64,000 bases of DNA from Hyaloraphidium curvatum SAG 235-1 (Eukaryota > Fungi > Monoblepharomycota): assembly GCA_025558095.1 (NCBI GenBank), contig JAIVFI010000035.1, positions 1 to 64,000 of the forward strand, given 5' to 3'. The notes beneath the pieces are model-generated. The model was not told the origin of the DNA. It saw only the letters and a list, made by a program, of their open reading frames with translations, and made no database searches. Each line of letters opens with the position of its first letter. The first letter of the stretch is position 1. Positions 21,465 to 33,606 of this stretch are shown here, piece after piece. The position numbers and the translations under genes were made by a program.

Positions 21465-23097
21465 ATGGAACAGCGTACTCCTCCGACCGACCGCAATGAC
21501 CCCGGCAGCGGGCGATTCCGCACCTCCGAAACCCCTCCACTCGTCTCCGGACTGGAGGCCTCGTTCCGGGCGGCTCTCGAGTCGTCCGCGTCCGGGCGCA
21601 CGGCACCTCCCCCCCGCTCCGACGCCGGCGCGGCGCTTTTCGACCTCGCTCGTCTGCGGAAACGATTGGCCCGCGCTTTGGAAGGACTGAGACGTCTGAA
21701 CGACGAAGCCGCGGTGTGCGAGGAGCGGGCAGTGGCCTCGCCGCGAAATGCGGACGCGTCGGAGCGGCTGTTCGCGACTTCGGAGCTCGTGGTCATGATC
21801 TTCCGGCATTTGGACTCGGGAAGATTACATCAGAGAGAACGACGCATACAAAGACTTTGAAATGGAGCACATAGAGTTTGGAGAGGAGAAGTCAGTAAGA
21901 GCAAGGGATTTGATAAACAAGTATCAGAGCTGGTTGGGAAAGGAGAAAGCAAGCAGAACAACAGAGACACAGATTGGGAGAGAGTTTGGAAGGAGATATG
22001 GAACAAACAAGGTGAGGGAGGGGAAGGGAAACGTATTTAAAGGTCTAGGATTGAAGTGATGTAAGGTAGTGTAGGGTTTTTTCAAGGCCGGGACCGGCGC
22101 TCCCCCCAAAAACGGAAGAGAAGAGCTAAAGAGAAATATAATATAGATGTTTAGAAAAACTATACTAAGGATCGATTGGAGCTCTGCCTGGCGTCGAAAG
22201 GTGCCTACCGGACCTGCCTGCCCGAGCTCTTCGGGAGGTTCGGTTCGCCCACGACGAACGCGCGTGGAGCTTCTTCCGGGCCGGGACTGATTCCCTGCTC
22301 GGCATCGACAATTATCCGCTCATTCGGTCCGTGGAGATGGCCGGGATGCACGGTTTCCCGCAGTTCCTCGGGACGCTGCCGAACTTGCGCACGCTCAAGC
22401 TTGAACTGGGCAGGCCAGCCGATGCCCTCGCGATGGCGGCGCTGGTCCTACCGACCCTCGAACACCTTGAGGCGGTCGTTGGGTTTGATTACATCGAAGG
22501 TCAGAGGCCGCCTACGTTCCAGCTCGGCTTCCCAAACTCGCGACCTTCGCGGTCAGTTCGTACTATTGGTCGGGCAGCCCCGTTTTCGTCACAGTGCTTC
22601 TAAAGGAGGTCACTGGCGCTGCGCCGCGCCTCGGGGCGATTCGTTATGAGACCGCGTTGGATTGGCTGTACGCGGGGGACCTTCCGGAGGCGGTCCTCGC
22701 TAAGCTGGAGACGTTCCATGCCAAAGAATGGGATACCGTTCATGCTCTGGCTTCCTTTGGCAGCATCTTCGTACCGCAAACTATCCACCTTGGGCACGAC
22801 ATATGGAATTCGGGCTAACTCTTCCACGAGATAAAAGTGGATCATTGAGGACGGTTGGCAGGTCCTTTGCGCCATGCCCCGGCTCGAAGTGCTGGAGTTG
22901 TCGGCCTTCAGGACGGACCTGCTAGTGCGGACGCCGCCCAACCTGCAGGAGCTGCGGGCGCAGGTCGTGCACTACGACCACCACGGCCTCGGCGAGCGGA
23001 ACGGGCGCTAGTGGAGGCTGCTTTGGCGAGGCTCAGAATGCCCAACGAGGAGCCCGGTGAGCATTTCTTCGATGTTGCTTACTTCGACGAGAAGTGA
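21465..23097 (+). pseudogene. F-box/LRR-like paralog disrupted by an insertion, frameshifts and a stop
   Basis: ERLFATSELVVMIFRHLDS / KDRLELCLAS is split by a foreign insert; FPQFLGTLPNLRTLKLE follows in a new frame; TAA at 22816-22818; C-terminus matches 10635-12017. Confidence 0.75.
21819..22166 (+). mobile_element. Foreign low-GC insert: 3' end of a D5/P4-type primase-helicase gene (virus/Polinton-like remnant)
   Basis: Abrupt switch to A/G-rich sequence. Frame 21820-22059 reads EDYIRENDAYKDFEMEHIEFGEEKSVRARDLINKYQSWLGKEKASRTTETQIGREFGRRYGTNKVREGKGNVFKGLGLK*, matching the pattern of the D5 C-terminal winged helix. Confidence 0.65.
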
Positions 23098-23601
23098 AAG
23101 GCATATGCCGAAGAGCCAAACCAAAGCAGATCGATGTATAAGGTGTGTAAACGGGCTTCTGCCGGGCTCGGCTGTTGAGTTGCGCCGCGCCGACTACCAA
23201 CGTGACCAGTCCATACCCTTTCCTCGGGCTCGCCGGCCGCTCCTTCTCTTTCGCTCGTCTCTTCTTGGTGCCTCGGAACGTCTTCACCCGGGATTGGAGG
23301 TCCGAGCGCCGCCGTCTGCTCTTTGCGGGACCGGAGTCGTCTCGGTGCCGCTGAACATCTTCGCCCCGGATTTGCTGCCTTATCTCTTGTTTTCTCCTCT
23401 GTTTACGGACCGGAAGCTTCCTCTGGTGTCGCTGGAGCTCGTTGCCTGGGATTGGCGGTCCCAGCACCGTTTTCTGCTGTTTGCGGACCGGAATCGTCGA
23501 GCTATCTCTGAACCTCCCGCCCGGGAGTTGCGGCTCTTTCTCTTGCCTCCTCTGCTTGCCGGACGGAATCTCGTTCTTGGTGCTGTCGCGCTCGGAACAG
23601 C

Positions 23602-24639
23602 ATGTACGAATTCGACCGCTTCGTGACCAACGCGGTGCGCCGCGGCCCCGGCCCCGGAAAGTATAGCGTGGAGCTCAAGGAAGAAGTATTCAACCCTAAC
23701 GGGACCGCGTTTGGAGGGTATGTAATGGCTCTTTCCATGCGGACCGCGCTGCTGCACCTCGAGGACACGGGCCAGCTTGCGAGGTACCCGCACCCGCTTT
23801 CGGCGCAAGCCCAGTTCATTGCCCCGAATAAGCCCGGTTGGATCATTGAGATGACGATGGAGACCCTGCGGACAGGGCGGAATCTGGCATTCCTGCAGCT
23901 CATGGCGCGGCGGGAGGGCAAGGTCATTTGGAGCGTGGACTTTGTCTTCAACGACTTTACCAAGGCTCAGGTGGGATGATTCGCGGCGTCAGGCACAGCA
24001 TGGCAGTTCACTCTCGTCGCTCCAAAGATGCCGGCAAACTTCGAGGTCATGGAGGCTCCGCAGATCCCGCCGCTCGAGGAGACGGTCGTCTACGAATCCC
24101 CTTTCCGCGCCCGCTTCAACGACTTCATCGAGCGGCGCCTCGAAAAGGGCAAGGACCCCTTCCGCTCCACGACACGCGTGCCGGCGTACCTGGGGTTCGC
24201 CGACGGCCGGCCGATGGACCTGCTGGCCGCTTCGTTCTTCGCGGACCTGTTCACGGACCAGCGGTTCTTCGCGAGCAACTTCAGGCGGGCCAACGTGGTT
24301 CGGTTCGGGCCCGGCAACGAGACGGTGCCCCGCGGCAAGATCGGGATCCGGGCGAGCGGGACAATCACCATGTGAGCTTTCTCGGCCCTCCTCGGAGCCG
24401 TAGGCTGACGCCGCGCGCCTTCCAGGTCCGTCCACTTCTTTCGCCCTCCGCCTCCGGACTCGCGCTTCTTCCTCATGGACACCGAAATCGGCGTGCAGCA
24501 GGGCGTCGGGGACTACGAGATCCAGATGTTCTCTGCCGACAGCAAGCGGGATCTCATCGGCATCGCGCGCCAGGTCCAGGTGGTCTGGGCGGTGCGCAAC
24601 GAGGAGGACGAGAAGGAGGGTTTCTTTCCCAAGCTTTGA
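23602..24639 (+). CDS. Thioesterase-like double-hotdog protein, PTS1-like (PKL)
   Basis: NGTAFGGY, HPLSAQAQFIAP, LRTGRN, RPMDLLAASFFAD, TITM/VHF; two introns; ends GFFPKL*. Confidence 0.75.
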
Positions 24640-24715
24640 GCGACTTTGTCATCTGGATATCAGACGAATGGTCAACTGCTAGAACCGATAGAGCCTCCTT
24701 TGCCACCTGATTCAT

Positions 24716-25000
24716 CTACTCCCTCCCCAGCGCCCGCCGGATCATCTCGCACTCCGTCGTCTTCCCCTCCCTCCACTCGCTCTTCGCCCCGTGGATTGCG
24801 AATCGGCCCTTGAAGTCCGCCTTCTGGCACTCCGCGGAGCAGTACGCGATCGCGGCCGACTTGCACGCCCCGCACCGCTTCAGCTTTTCCAGGCCGGCCT
24901 CGCTCGCCGTCTTGCCGCACGAGATGCAAACTAGCTGGTTCAGGTACGGTCTGCGCGGGCCGGCCGCGATGAGGGGGTGCTCGTGGCCGCCGATCGCCAT
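24716..25000 (-). CDS. Small MYND-type zinc finger protein or fragment
   Basis: CISCGK...LKRCGACK...YCSAECQKADFK...H...C. Confidence 0.6.
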   Translation of the reverse strand: MAIGGHEHPLIAAGPRRPYLNQLVCISCGKTASEAGLEKLKRCGACKSAAIAYCSAECQKADFKGRFAIHGAKSEWREGKTTECEMIRRALGRE

Positions 25001-25111
25001 GAAGTTGCTGGCCAGGCGGGAGCGTCGACCCCAGCATCCGACTTCCGAAGGCCGACTGGTGTCGCGAGGAGATATCAACGGATACAGCAATCTACCAACA
25101 ATACAGATCAT

Positions 25112-26298
25112 CTACATCCTCGCCCCGCCCGGGATCCACTGCCCCATCCTCGTCCGCTCCTCCTCCGCCGCCGCCCTGTACTCCCTTTCGAGCCGGTCCA
25201 CGAGCTCTGCGACGGTGGGCACGTCGCGGATGAGGAGCACGCCGTGGCCTGCGGACCAGATCTGGGGATGATGTCAGTCGAGGGAACGCGTGGCCTCGGA
25301 GAGGCGGACCCACGTCCTTCCAGGCTTTGCCGTCGCTTTCTGCGGGAAACGGCAACACCCCGATGAGCATGTAGCACGCGATGTCCAGGCATCCACCCAC
25401 TCAGCTTCGAATCCGGATCGTCGGGGTTCATCCCGTGCCGCACCAGGCTGTCCCTCAGGAAGTTGGCCGGCAGCCCCGACACCTTGTTGGTGTACACCGT
25501 CGGCAGGAACGTCGGCGCGGGCCCCGATTTCGCCTCTACCAGCATCCTTTTGTAGCCCTCGTCCGCCGTGGCCTCGGCCGTGGCGATGAACCTCGTCCCA
25601 AGGTACGCCAGGTCCGCGCCGAGGGTCTGCACCGCGCGCACCGTCGCGCCGTCGGAAATCGAGCCACCGGCGATGATCAGGACGTCCGGGAAGGCGGTGC
25701 GGAGGGAGGGGATCAGGGCAAACGGGGAGGTCGGGCCCGCGTGGCCGCCGGCGCCGGCACAGACCGCGACAAGGCCGTCGACGCCGTCCGAGACGGCGAT
25801 GCGGGCGTGGGTGAGGTTGGTCACGTCGTGGAACACCAAACCGCTTGAAATGAGGCGGCAGAACGCGTCGGATCAGGCCGAAGCGGCGCGGGAGACACGT
25901 CCGAAAGGAACCCACCCGTAGCTGTGGACTGTATCGCACACCTCGTTCGCCCGCCCCATGATTGTGATGATCACGGGCACCCGGTACTTTTCCATGAGCC
26001 GCATCTGCTCCTTCAGCCGCGGGTTGTTGCGCAGCACGATGTTGACCGCGTAATCCGCCGGCCGAAGCCCCTCGCGCCGCGCGGCCTCCAGGTCCGCCGA
26101 GATTTCCTTCAGCCACTCCTCCAGGATATCCTCCGTGCGCGCGTTGAGCGCCGGGATCGCGCCGACGACCCCCGCGCGGCACGCGGCCTTGACCAGGTCC
26201 GGATACGTGGTGAGGAACATCGGCGCGCAGATGATCGGGAGCCGGGCGTTGAGCGCCTCCCGCACGCGCAGGCGGCTCGGAGGCGAGTGCTTCGGCAT
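25112..26298 (-). CDS. Nitronate monooxygenase (2-nitropropane dioxygenase) family, PTS1 (ARM)
   Basis: LPIICAPMF, GVDGLVAVCAGAGGHAG, IIAGGSISDG, GADLAYLGTRFIAT, KAWKDIWSAGHG; spliced C-terminus GGARM*. Confidence 0.9.
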
Positions 26299-28064
26299 TT
26301 CCGGCGGTCCCGACGGGGATTCGCGGGGCAGCAGGAAGCTCAGTGTTCGCTACTTTGCTGTTCGCCTGGTGGCAAGTGCCCGTCGCCGCCGGCGATCGCA
26401 TCATCTCGAACACGCCTCGTCCGCCGTCTGCCGCCTTGCCGTCCGACCCATCCACGGCCTCGTCCGCTTCCAGGGGCCGATGCGCGCGCGCGGCACGGAC
26501 GGCGATCCAAAGGGACCACAGGTATGGCCGTCGGCCGATCTGGTTCGGGACTGCCGCCCCTCCCTCGGCCACCAGCCTGTCCAACCCCCATAAAACCGCC
26601 CCGTCCCGTGCTGCTTCCAGTCCTGTCTGTCGCTCATTGGGCAAAGCGGGAACGTCCGAGCCCTGTCGTGCTGCAAGTAAAGCGGCCCTGGCTTGGGTGC
26701 GGGTTCGTGGCGAGGAGCGCGGTGGCGCCCTGAGCTACGGATTGCAAGAAAAGATGTTAAAAGCGCCGGCATTCGCCGGGTTCTGCGAGCGCAGGGAATG
26801 AAGGACCGCGTGCACGTGCCCGGGAAGTGCAACTACTGGACCCCGCAGACGGGACGGCGTTCAAGGCCGAGGAGGGGTCCTCGTGCCGACGACGCAGTGC
26901 TACTGAGCCACGTCAGATTGGGATTGCATTTATAAGGTGGAAACAACCGGGATAGATGGATGGTCACTAAGAGGTATTCTTCGCTCGAGTTCCTCATGAG
27001 AAGTCTGAGAAGCCCGACCCGACCCGCCACCCGTCTCCGAATACGCGTTCCGCGCCCCCGCTTACGCGGCGGGAAGTCTCAAATCCCTCGTTTGTGCGAC
27101 GTCCCATGACCCAAAGGGCTCTGCAGGCGCCCGCCGGGCGCGTTGGCCGGGCGGGGACCGCGTAGCCCGCCCGTCTGTACCGGAGCTCCCCTCCCCGCCT
27201 TCCAACCCTCCTGGCCCCCACGCGCAAAACGTTTCGCGCACCGGGAAGGCGTGACCGATCGGACGCGTCGGAAAAGCGAGGAAGCGACCATGCATGCCGT
27301 GGACGCCACCTGGGCACCTTCGCACCACGCGATGCTGGGGTGCCCAGAGGACGCGCAGCCCTACTTGCCCAAACGCAATGGAAGACGAACGCTGTTTGCG
27401 AGCGCGCCGAGCCCGCGCCCCGTCGGAAAACACCCTTCCGCATTCGGTTCCGCCCGCCCCGGGGCCTGGGCCCATCCTACCCCACGGATCGGCGGCGCCG
27501 GATGCACCAAAAGCGCGATCACGGTCAATTCGTCCAGCCATGGTCTTTCCACGCGCCGGAATGCGCTCGCATGCCTTTGTTCGCGCGGGGGGTGAGGGGA
27601 CCAGCCGCCCGCCCTCGCTCCGCCACCCCGACGCGCCCGCCTCTCCTGAAAATCGGATCCCAACCGCGCGGACGGATGCTGGGCCTTTGGGCTCACGGAA
27701 TGACCTTTCCGCCGCGTTTCCGTGGCTAACGCGATGGCGTGGCCTCCGGGAAACCAGGGTGACGGCCTTTGCCAGCCAGTGCCCAGGGCCCGGGACTGCC
27801 GATGCTCCGCAGTCGGAACCGCACCGACGGACGCGGCAAAAGCGTGATGCCAGGAGCGAGCGCGACGCGGAAGGCCGGCCGTACTTCTGCGGCTGCTCGG
27901 TCTCCGCGCCGCAGGTCCCGTGCATCGGGCTGATTTCGGCCCGGACGCTGCTGGCTGGGGAAGGCTGGTCCCGGACAACATCGCGCGAGCCGGCCGCACC
28001 GAGGGACGACGCCACGGCCGCCGACCAAGGGGCCCGCGGTTCGAGCCCCGCGGCGCCCTCTGCC

Positions 28065-31000
28065 ATGGACTCGTCGGACACGGACTCGACCTCGGGCGGG
28101 GCGCGGCGGCGCCGGCCTCGCAAGGTGGCGTGCACCCCTTGCCAACGCAGAAAGAAGCGTTGCGACGGCGGGGAGCCGTGCGGACGGTGCTCTGCCGCGG
28201 GGCGGGAAGATCGCTGCGCCTACCCGACCGAGGCGCCGCCGAAACGCGGGCGGCGCGGCGCGGGCACCTCCTGCGCCGCCTGCCGTGCGGCAAAGCGGTC
28301 TTGCGATGGGGCGCGGCCGTGCGGGCGCTGCGCCGCAAAGGGCTCCGACTGCGTTTACGGCTCGTCGAACTCGTCGCGCGGCGGCTCGGTTTCGCGATCC
28401 TCGCGGGGCACCTCGGCGGACTGGTCGTCGGCGTCGGAGGCCTCGCGACGGCGGACCACCCCGGCCGACGCATCGGGCGATGACGACTCCTTGAGCACGC
28501 CGGGCATGCTGGCCGGCGACCCGTACCCGGCGGCGCCCTTTCCGGGCCTCCCTGGGCGGCCCTTCGAAGGGGACCCCGATTCGGGGCAACCCCGGTCTCC
28601 CGCCCCCGCCCGAGCGGACTTCCTGCCGGGTGGCTTCCCCGGCGAGCAACTTCCCGGGCAGCAGGCGTTCCTCGGCCACCACCTTGCCGGACAGCAGCCC
28701 GCGTTCGGGCAGCTCTGGTTCGGGCAGCCGCCCCTGTGGCGCGGGACCGGCGCCGCTTGGCCGCCCCGCGATCCGGCCTCGGGGATGCCGGGGGCCGGCG
28801 CCGTGCTGGCCGATTTCCTCGACATTGCCGCGGGCAATCACTCGACCCTGGATCGCGCGCCCGGCTCGGGCGGACCGGCGGGAAGCTTGCCCCAGATTCC
28901 TCCCCCGCCATTCCCCCCTTCCCAGACGGTGCAGCCCACCGCTGCCCAGGCGTCTTTGCTCCATGGACAGTCGACCTCCTCCCCTACACAAGCCAACCCC
29001 TACCACGAGGCAGTGCCCGGGATGCGGTTCGGCACGCCCAACCCGTCGCTGGCCCCGCTCCTGATCGAGAGGCTCTTCAGCAGCGAGGACCTGCTGGCGG
29101 CAGAACCGTTCGCTGTGGCAGGATCGCCGGTAGCCGCCCTGGCCGTCCCCTTCGCCAACCCGAGCGCCATGACGAGCAGCGACTCGGGCTCGGATATCCA
29201 CGTCTCCCCCTCCCTCTTTGCCCCCGAACGCCCCGCCCCCTCCCCCGCCCACTTCTCCGGCTCCCCCATCCTCCTCCTGACCCCGGACTACCCCGCGCGC
29301 CTGTACCCCTCCGTTCCCCCCGGGCTGCTCCCCGACCCGGGCACCCTCTCCCGCGCCCTGGACACCTTCTTCCTCCGCCCTCCCGCCCTCCCGGGCCCGC
29401 ACCGCGCGACCTTCGAGGCCCGCGCGTGCAGGGGCGAATGCCCATCGCGGCTGTCGTACCGCCTGCGGTTCCGCACTCGGCTGGCGCAGCACGGCTGCGG
29501 GGCCGCGGGCCGCGCACCCCCGCTCGCGGCGGAACCGCGCTCTGACGAGGGGCACGAGGACAGCATGGACGCCATTCTGCTCGCCGCAGCGGCATGTGCC
29601 GGCGCCCGCGCCGCCGGTTCGGCGATGGAGGCTCTCGAGGGGTGGGCTTGGGCGGAGGCGGCGGAGCTGGCGGGCTGGTTCGGATGGGATCCCGCGCCGG
29701 GTATGGACGCCCTGCGCGCCGAGCTGGGCGCCGCCGTGCCCCCCGATTCCGGACCCTGCGACGAGCTGGCGAGGGGGATGCTGCTGCGGGCGTACCACAG
29801 GGAGATGCTCGACGCGGCGCTCGCGCTGTCGCTGCTGGCCCACTCGGCGTTCGCGGCGGGGAGGAGGCTGCCGGCTGCGCTCGCGGCCGCGCAGCTGTTT
29901 ACGGAGCGCATCGTGCCGTCCCTGCGGATGGACGAGTGGTGCGCCGCGCCCGCCGGCGGGGATGAGTCGCCCTCGGCGGCGCTGCGTGCCGAAGAGCGGC
30001 GGAGGTTCGTGGCATCGCTGCTGGTTTCAGGTGCGCTGCTCGCGGAGCTCAAGAATGCCGCCCCGGCGCCGCCTGGTGGACCGGAACCGGGGATCGCGGC
30101 GCCCAGGTGGGACGGCCGCGAGATGGCCGGCGTGCCGCTGCCCTGGCCCGACGCCCTCTTCGACGCGCTGCCGGCCGCCGTTGAACCGTTCCCTGGTTGG
30201 AACGCGGCGAGGCCTGCACCCGCCCTGCCCCCGATCCCGATCCGGACCGCGGGGAGGGCCACCTTCGGCGACGCCGTGCTGTGGATGGACCTCCCCCGCG
30301 GACACCCCGGACGCTCCGCCGCGCTCGCACGGACGTGGGGCCGTGCGGCGGAGCTGGGACCCTCGGCGTTCGCCGCATGCGCCGCGGAGCTGCTCCGCGC
30401 GGGGCAGCGCCTGCGGCGGTGGTTCGCCGAGGCCGGCCTGCACCCCTATGCCCTGGACGGCTCCGTGGTCGCGGACGGCGCGCTCCTGGCCGAAGCCGCC
30501 TCGCGCCGCGCGGCGTACATCTCCGCCCTCGACGACGCCCGCGAGCACCTCCCGCCCGCGCTGCAGCACGCCTACGACACGGGCGATCCGCGGATGGCCC
30601 GCGCCGCCGCCGAGCGGTACTTTGGCCCCTCGTGGCCGCGCGCGGCGGCGGTGCTGGTGTGGCTGCACACCATGCACGTGGTGGTGCGGTCGCCCCGCGA
30701 CCCGCTGGCCGCCGCTCTGCGCCCCGACCCCGCATGGCTCGACGGCGCGGGCTTTTTCTCGTGCTCCGCGCACGCCATCACCGCGTCCAACCTCCTCCGC
30801 GGCCTGCTCGCGGACCCCGCGTGCGCGCAGCTGGGGCTGGCGGTCTCCGCGGTGCGCGCGGGTGCGGCGCACGCGGCAGCGGCGAGGAGGGCGGCGGCGC
30901 CCGGGGCGGCGCATTCGGATGCGGTGGCGGCGAGCGTGGCGAGGGGGCTGGTGAGGGACGTGGCGGCGTGCATGGCGCTGCCGCACGTGCAGGGGGGTGC

Positions 31001-31173
31001 TTGGTGGGTGTATGGGCGGCAATCGCGGCTGTGGATGGGTCTCCTGACGATGCTGCCCTTCGCACAGGGACTTTGCCAAGCGCGTGCACGCCGTGTTCGA
31101 AGGCATGGTGCTGAGGGGCCAGCTGCCCTCAGAAGACGAAGTGCGGGCGCTGACCGGACAGGGTGCCGACTAG
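28065..31173 (+). CDS. Zn(II)2Cys6 transcription factor with two tandem binuclear clusters
   Basis: ACTPCQRRKKRCDGGEPCGRC and SCAACRAAKRSCDGARPCGRC...CVY; large C-terminal regulatory region; intron 31004-31067. Confidence 0.85.
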
Positions 31174-32188
31174 CGGGTTCGGGGCAAGCTAGCCCGCGCG
31201 GAGCACGGGCTGCGGACGGTCCGGCCGGGGATGTATGTGCGCCGGAATGCCGACCGACGTGTAGCCCAGAACGTCGGACCGATGTATACGACGGATGCCA
31301 TCAGGAGTCCTGCTCTGCATTGCGGCATTTGACGGATGCCGCCGCGTTCCAGCTTGGGCGAACAAGCCGGGCGAATGAGCTGTCCATCATGTGTGTCCCG
31401 GCGGTGCGGAGTCTGCGGAGCCGGGCGAGTACCTACGTCCAGGGTCCAACAGGGGAGCACGGACCCGGAGCCGGCGACGGGTGGAGGGTCGGCCGGGCGC
31501 CGGGACCGGATCGTCTTCCTCGCAGACACCCCGCAAAATGCCGCCCCGGCGCCCGCGCTCGGACGGGCCGGCGCGGACCTGAACCTGGCTGGCGCGGACC
31601 CGGGGCAGCGGCGGCGGGCCTCGGCCGTGGCCGGTCCTCTTTTCCAGGAGCCCCCCAACCTGCCCCCTGGATTGCGGCGCACGGAGATGCGGGGAGGCGG
31701 GCAATGATGGGAAAAGGAAGGGAGGGGGGGAATCGGGGGTTGTACGTGCATTCCGCGCGGGGGACGTGCGACGGCCACCGGCCGTCCGCGGTGGGCGCGG
31801 TGCCGTTGGCCGGCCGGCCGGCGGCGTCCCCCGGCCATCAGCTGCTCAGATGGGCCCCACAACGGAAGGGCAATCTCGCCGCTCGTTGTCCGGGGCGGGA
31901 GGCGGGCGGTCGGGCATCGGCCGGCATCTCGTCGGCCGGCCCCAGGGTCCTCGTCGGGGGTTCGGCGCCTGCCGGCCGCAGGCGGTCGGGGGCCTGCGGA
32001 GCGCGGCGGCCAAGAGCGGCCCGACCGCTGCGTGTAGTCGGCAGTGAATAGCTGCGGTTGCGGCGGTCCCGTGTGCCTGCGGACTGGGCGGCCGGGGGGG
32101 TCGGGCAAGCGGGCGGGGCGGGACCAGGGTAGCCCTCCGCGGCGGGTGGCTGGGAAGCCGACCGAGCGACCGCCTGCTCCCGCCAAGA

Positions 32189-33330
32189 ATGCCCGGCACC
32201 CCGGCGTCCCCCGGCTCGCCCGCGCCGTCCGACAGCGCCAGCGAGCGGTCGTGGTCGCCCGGCGGGGGCCGCGCGCCCGCCCCCCGCGCCCGCCGCCCGC
32301 CGCGCCGCCCGGCCGGCTCCGACGGCGACGGCCCGCGGCCCGCGCGCAAGGTCGCGTGCGCCGCGTGCGCGCAGGGCAAGCGCAGCTGCGACGCCGCGCG
32401 CCCCGCCTGCGCCCGCTGCCGCGACGCCGGCAACGCCGCCGGGTGCTCGTACCCGCGCACCGGCACGGAGCGGCTGCTCGGCCCGCGCGGGAAGCGCAAG
32501 GGCTCGTCGTGCCTGCCCTGCAGGTGGGCCCGCTGTGCTTGCTGCCGCCGGGGAGGGGAGCTGACCGCCGCCCGCCCGCCCGATACCGCCCACCGCCACT
32601 TCACCCCGCCCGCCCCCGCCCGCAGGTCCCTGAAGAAGTCGTGCGACTGCGCACTCCCCGTCTGCAACCGCTGCGCCGAGCGCGGGGCTGCCTGCTCGTA
32701 CGTCCCCCTCCCGCTCCCCCTCCCCACCAGGCTGACGCCCGCCCCTCCAGCTACGACTCGCGCCGCGCCGCCATGGGCGACGTCAACCCGCAGGCCGCCG
32801 CCGCCGCCCAGCTCGCCGCGCTGGCGGCCGACGGCGCCACGCGGCACCGGACCACCCCCGAGCTGCAGGCCGCCTCGGCGACCCCGCCCCCCTCCTCCGC
32901 CCCCCACCCGCACCCGCAGGCGCAGGCGGACGGGGCCTACCCGATCCCCGGCTTCCCGTTCGCCCCGCCCTCCTACCCTTCCTTCCCCCCGCCCGGGCAC
33001 GCGCAGCAGGCACAGGGGGGGTTCTGGTTCCCCCCGCCCCCCCCCTCCTCGGCATGGTCCTTCCCGCCCCCCTCCCAGACCTGGCGCCCCGCCCCCGCCC
33101 CCGCCCCCGCCCCCGCCTGGGACCCCGAGCCGTCCAAGCCCTGGGACGCGGACGCGGGGCACCCGGCGCGGCACTGGGAACCGCCGAAAGCGCAGTGGGA
33201 CGCCGGGAAGCAGGGGTGGGATCGGTGGGGGTACCCGCGCGGCGAGGGGATGGGGCTGCCGATCCTCCGCGCGGCCGCGGAGGGGGCGATGGGCGAGGGC
33301 GGGGAGGGGGTGGGCAGCGCGGCGGGGTGA
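32189..33330 (+). CDS. Short double Zn(II)2Cys6 transcription factor
   Basis: ACAACAQGKRSCDAARPACARC; second cluster CLPCR/SLKKSCDCALPVCNRC split by an intron (about 32524-32625); another intron about 32698-32750; Pro/Trp-rich tail. Confidence 0.75.
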
Positions 33331-33606
33331 TCGCGGTCCCACTGGACGGGGCGACGGGATGGAGGTTTATGGGGAAGGGAGAGGGGAGGGGTGATGGGGA
33401 GCAAGGGAGGACGCTGGACACCGGAGGGTAGAGGAGGGGTGATCTGTTGCCGCATGTACCGCGATGCCTTTTTCGAGCTGCGTTCGTTTTCGTTGACCTG
33501 CTTTGCGCCGCCCGCCGCTCGATCCGCGTCGCGCCAAGTCCAGTCCGCCGGACCCCGGCAGCCCTCCCCGCGCACAGCCCACCGTAAAGCGGCACGGACG
33601 CAGAGC

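Noticed and set aside
21819-22166. Intron or intact transposon
   Set aside because: No GT/GC-AG ends at the junctions, no terminal inverted repeats or convincing target-site duplication, and the host gene has other disabling lesions.
23057-23626. 189-aa ORF upstream of the thioesterase
   Set aside because: Pyrimidine-rich, lacks host codon bias and any domain; more likely promoter and 5' UTR.
27294-32051. 1585-aa ORF as one protein
   Set aside because: Only 28065-31003 is coding in this frame; the flanks are stop-free GC-rich UTR/intergenic sequence, and a spliced last exon ending at 31173 matches the paralog.
32973-33606. Extension of the RING/TRAF ORF antisense into the short Zn2Cys6 gene
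   Set aside because: A canonical intron (GTGGG...CTGAC...CAG) leads to CIRPGD* at 33607, so the overlap is an unspliced read-through artefact.
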